Part shown: positions 49,205 to 52,308 of the stretch, one piece after another
Layout: every line of letters begins with the position of its first letter
How positions within the stretch are numbered: position 1 is the first letter of the stretch
Origin: Octopus bimaculoides
Taxonomy: Eukaryota
Assembly: GCF_001194135.2 (NCBI RefSeq)
Contig: NC_068984.1
Coordinates: forward strand, 127,992,802 to 128,045,109
DNA length: 52,308 bases
Direction: 5' to 3'
Translations under genes and position numbers: made by a program
The notes under the pieces: generated by a model
Told to the model about the DNA's origin: nothing
The model's input: only the letters and a program-made list of their open reading frames with translations
Database searches by the model: none

Positions 49205-49318
49205 TTCTCCCTGTTTATTTCTGTGTTCCTTTCTGTTGATGAGCGTAGGCTCGAAGCGTAAAAGACTTTCTCACTTTCCAACCATCTTTGTCTTTTGTTT
49301 TTTGTAAATTCTCACTGT
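49205..49318 (+). mobile_element. Penelope-like element terminal repeat fragment
   Basis: GTGTTCCTTTCTGTTGATGAGCGTAGGCTCGAAGCGTAAAAGAC; paralogue of 15826-15958. Confidence 0.55.
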
Positions 49319-49919
49319 GTATATATATATATATATATAATAATATTATTAGGGACAAAATCCAAAATTACAGGTAAAAAACTCAATTAAAATCAATTTA
49401 TAAAAATTAAAATTAAATTGAGCCTTATAGATAAAGTATATATAAAATATATAGTTTTAGGGAAAATAACCAATTTTCAAGAACTCATCGATGAAAATCC
49501 ACTATCACATATACAAAAATTAATAATTAAAAGCACAATAAATGAGTATAATATAAAGTAAAGTAAATATCATAAGATAAATATANNNNNNNNNNNNNNN
49601 NNNNNNNNNNNNNNNNNNNNNNNNNNNNNNNNNNNNNNNNNNNNNNNNNNNNNNNNNNNNNNNNNNNNNNNNNNNNNNNNNNNNNNNNNNNNNNNNNNNN
49701 NNNNNNNNNNNNNNNNNNNNNNNNNNNNNNNNNNNNNNNNNNNNNNNNNNNNNNNNNNNNNNNNNNNNNNNNNNNNNNNNNNNNNNNNNNNNNNNNNNNN
49801 NNNNNNNNNNNNNNNNNNNNNNNNNNNNNNNNNNNNNNNNNNNNNNNNNNNNNNNNNNNNNNNNNNNNNNNNNNNNNNNNNNNNNNNNNNNTATATATAT
49901 ATATATATATATATATATA

Positions 49920-49953
<34 letters not shown>

Positions 49954-49954
49954 T

Positions 49955-50092
49955 GTAAATATGCTTTTCATCAACGGTTGGCCCAGGGCAATAGCAGAAA
50001 ACACTTGCCCAAGGTACTACACAGTGGGACTGAACCCCAAACTATATGACTGTAAAGTAAGTTTCTTAACCACACACACACATGTATCCACA
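49955..50092 (-). mobile_element. SINE family A, 5' part
   Basis: GCAATAGCAGAAAACACTTGCCCAAGGTACTACACAGTGGGACTGAACCC. Confidence 0.7.
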
Positions 50093-50984
50093 AATCTACA
50101 GACATTTGATGGATCCAATCTTAAAGTTAACTGGAACAACAGTTAATTCTATCTCATACCTGATATTATCTTTAATACACATAACATCAAGCAGCGACCA
50201 CACAGCTTACATAACATGCTGATAATAGCATCTATGGTCAAAGATTATAATTGTGCTGGATAAAGATTATAAAATGATATGGTCTCAAAGATAATAATCT
50301 ACTGGACACTGATGATGTGTATTTCTTGGTCTTGAAGCAGACAATACAGAGATTCCTCTGCAATGCAGTCTAGCAGACCAGAAAGTAAATTATTGGCAGA
50401 TAATGAAATTATATCTTTAGCAAAGGTTATTTACAGTAATTGACAACTCTGCCATTGAAGACAATAGCATCATCGTCATCATCATCATCATCATCATCAT
50501 TATCATCATCATCATCCCCACCAGCAGCATTGAGAGTGGTGGCATTCGGCACTATAGAATATTTCATAGAAGTTAACTAAAGGTAAACAGACAAAGCAGA
50601 CATAGAAGACGATGTCCAAAGTAATTTATTTGTATTTGGTCAGAGTAAAAGAAAATCTCTTTGGAGATATTGAAAGACGTTTATTTGGTAAAGTGAGACA
50701 ATAAAATTTTTATAGTTTCAGTCTACTCTAAAGGGTGCTGAAATGTTAAACCTTTAACCTGCTCTGCTAATGATGTTGTGATTGCTTATCACTCTGTCTC
50801 TATAACAATACAGCATCAGAAACTATACCATGTCATAAGCTAATGATACTGTGTCAAAAGTTTATGATACTGCATCAGAAACTTATGATAATGTGTCATA
50901 TGACATATAGTATTATATCATAGCTTTATGAAGTAAGATCTTAGGATTCACTCATTCAATCATTTTTATGTCTATGGGTTAGAT

Positions 50985-51095
50985 TGTTTATTTTTAGACT
51001 CCAAAAGGCTGAAAGGCAAAGTTGACCTTGGTAGAATTTGAACCCAGAACATAGAGATGGATGAAATGCCACTAAGCATGTCCAGCTTGCTGCTT
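50985..51095 (-). mobile_element. SINE family B fragment
   Basis: GAAAGGCAAAGTTGACCTTGGTAGAATTTGAACCCAGAAC...GAAATGCCACTAAGC. Confidence 0.7.
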
Positions 51096-51827
51096 CAGTG
51101 TTCACTATAATATTATGGTATTTTTCTTTTGCCACCTGTTTAAATATAGTTTTTAAATATAGAAATATTAAATATTATTTTATTTTACATTACTGTTTAA
51201 TTATCTTGTTGATGACATTCCATATCAATTTATTATCAAATAGGATCATAAGCTAATTATACCATTTATTTCTAGCTGCATAACATTTAAAGAATTACAA
51301 TCTAAATAACAAGAATTTCAGAACCAAAGTAATGAGTTTTTGGTTTACAAAGAATTCAAGGATAAGTAAATGAAGTTTTAATGATTCGTTATATGAAGAC
51401 AATAGAATTATACTCAATTGAATTAATCTAAGATATGACAAATATACATAAATTTGACACACCCCACCACCACCACCACCACCAAATAGATGCAAACCAA
51501 AATTAATATTGACAAGATCTGAATTCAGAATCATCATCGACAACAATGAGGAGGAATAGGGAAAGAGGAAAGGGGTATGACAGCGATGACAATGATGATG
51601 ACAATGACATAGCCATGACAAGAATGATGCTCTACAAGGCATATCACTGGTATTTGGGGTTTTTTTTTCATTCCTTAAAGGATGGACAGCAAAGTTAAAT
51701 TCATAGAGATCTAAATGTAAGCCATCAATCTATCCAGCAAACCATCAATACTATTGGCTATTATATTACAGTATTTTTTTTTTACTACCTATTTTAATAT
51801 ACTAGTTTTTAACAATTGAAACATTAA

Positions 51828-52047
51828 CCCCTTATCATTTAAACGGGCCATAACCAACCAAAATATTCTACTTGTTTATGTTCAAACTGACCTGAACCAG
51901 TCTCTCACACCTACACTGCAATGTCATTCTAAAAATAAACACTCACATCATCAAAATCTCAAAGCTAAGAGATAGAATGATTAATTCAAAATTATGTGAA
52001 TAAATAAGCATTACGTTTGAGAGCAGAGTGATCTGAATGGTAAAGAG
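51828..52047. mobile_element. piggyBac-type MITE (220 bp)
   Basis: TTAA (51824-51827)-CCCCTTATCATT ... AATGGTAAAGAG-TTAA (52048-52051); same family as 14421-14872. Confidence 0.8.
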
Positions 52048-52308
52048 TTAAATATGATTTTACTTTACAGTGCTTCATTCATATTACATTTATCAATGTA
52101 TAGTCATTCACATCACACCAATATATATCTCTTCTCTTTTCAATCAGAACAACACATTAGAAGACTTTGGCCATTAGGATATCCTATTGTTGGAAACATA
52201 GTGCATTAAAGGAGTATTTTTAGAAGCAGTCTTCGTATATACATTAGCATGCTTACACACACATACACATACATACATACATACATATGTATACATATAT
52301 ATATATAT

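Overview
AT-rich, microsatellite-saturated eukaryotic genomic DNA with 10 assembly gaps (4,425 N). The SINE and RTE-LINE repeat families look like those of Octopus (cephalopod); this is pattern recognition, not a database result. I recognise no intact protein-coding gene, RNA gene or CRISPR array. Almost all long ORFs in the supplied track are microsatellite or N-run artefacts. Most interpretable sequence is decayed mobile DNA: an R4/Dong-type LINE 3' end, a collapsed Gypsy relic, RTE and L2/CR1 LINE fragments, a near-full-length mariner with TIRs and TA target duplication, a DD37D (maT) transposase relic, a Chapaev3-like relic, piggyBac-type MITEs, a Helitron/Helentron-like element, Penelope-like termini, and many tRNA-derived SINEs (my labels A-D). 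The window most likely lies inside the introns of a large + strand gene. The best non-TE signals are two frame-preserving microexon candidates (3 nt at 20451, 15 nt at 22741) flanking a 140-nt candidate exon (20841-20980). Other notable items are a 144/288-bp higher-order tandem repeat packed with CAGATG E-boxes, a hammerhead-like motif in two Penelope-like termini, and SINE tandem arrays separated by triplicated host sequence. All exon calls are unverified hypotheses and no gene name can be assigned.
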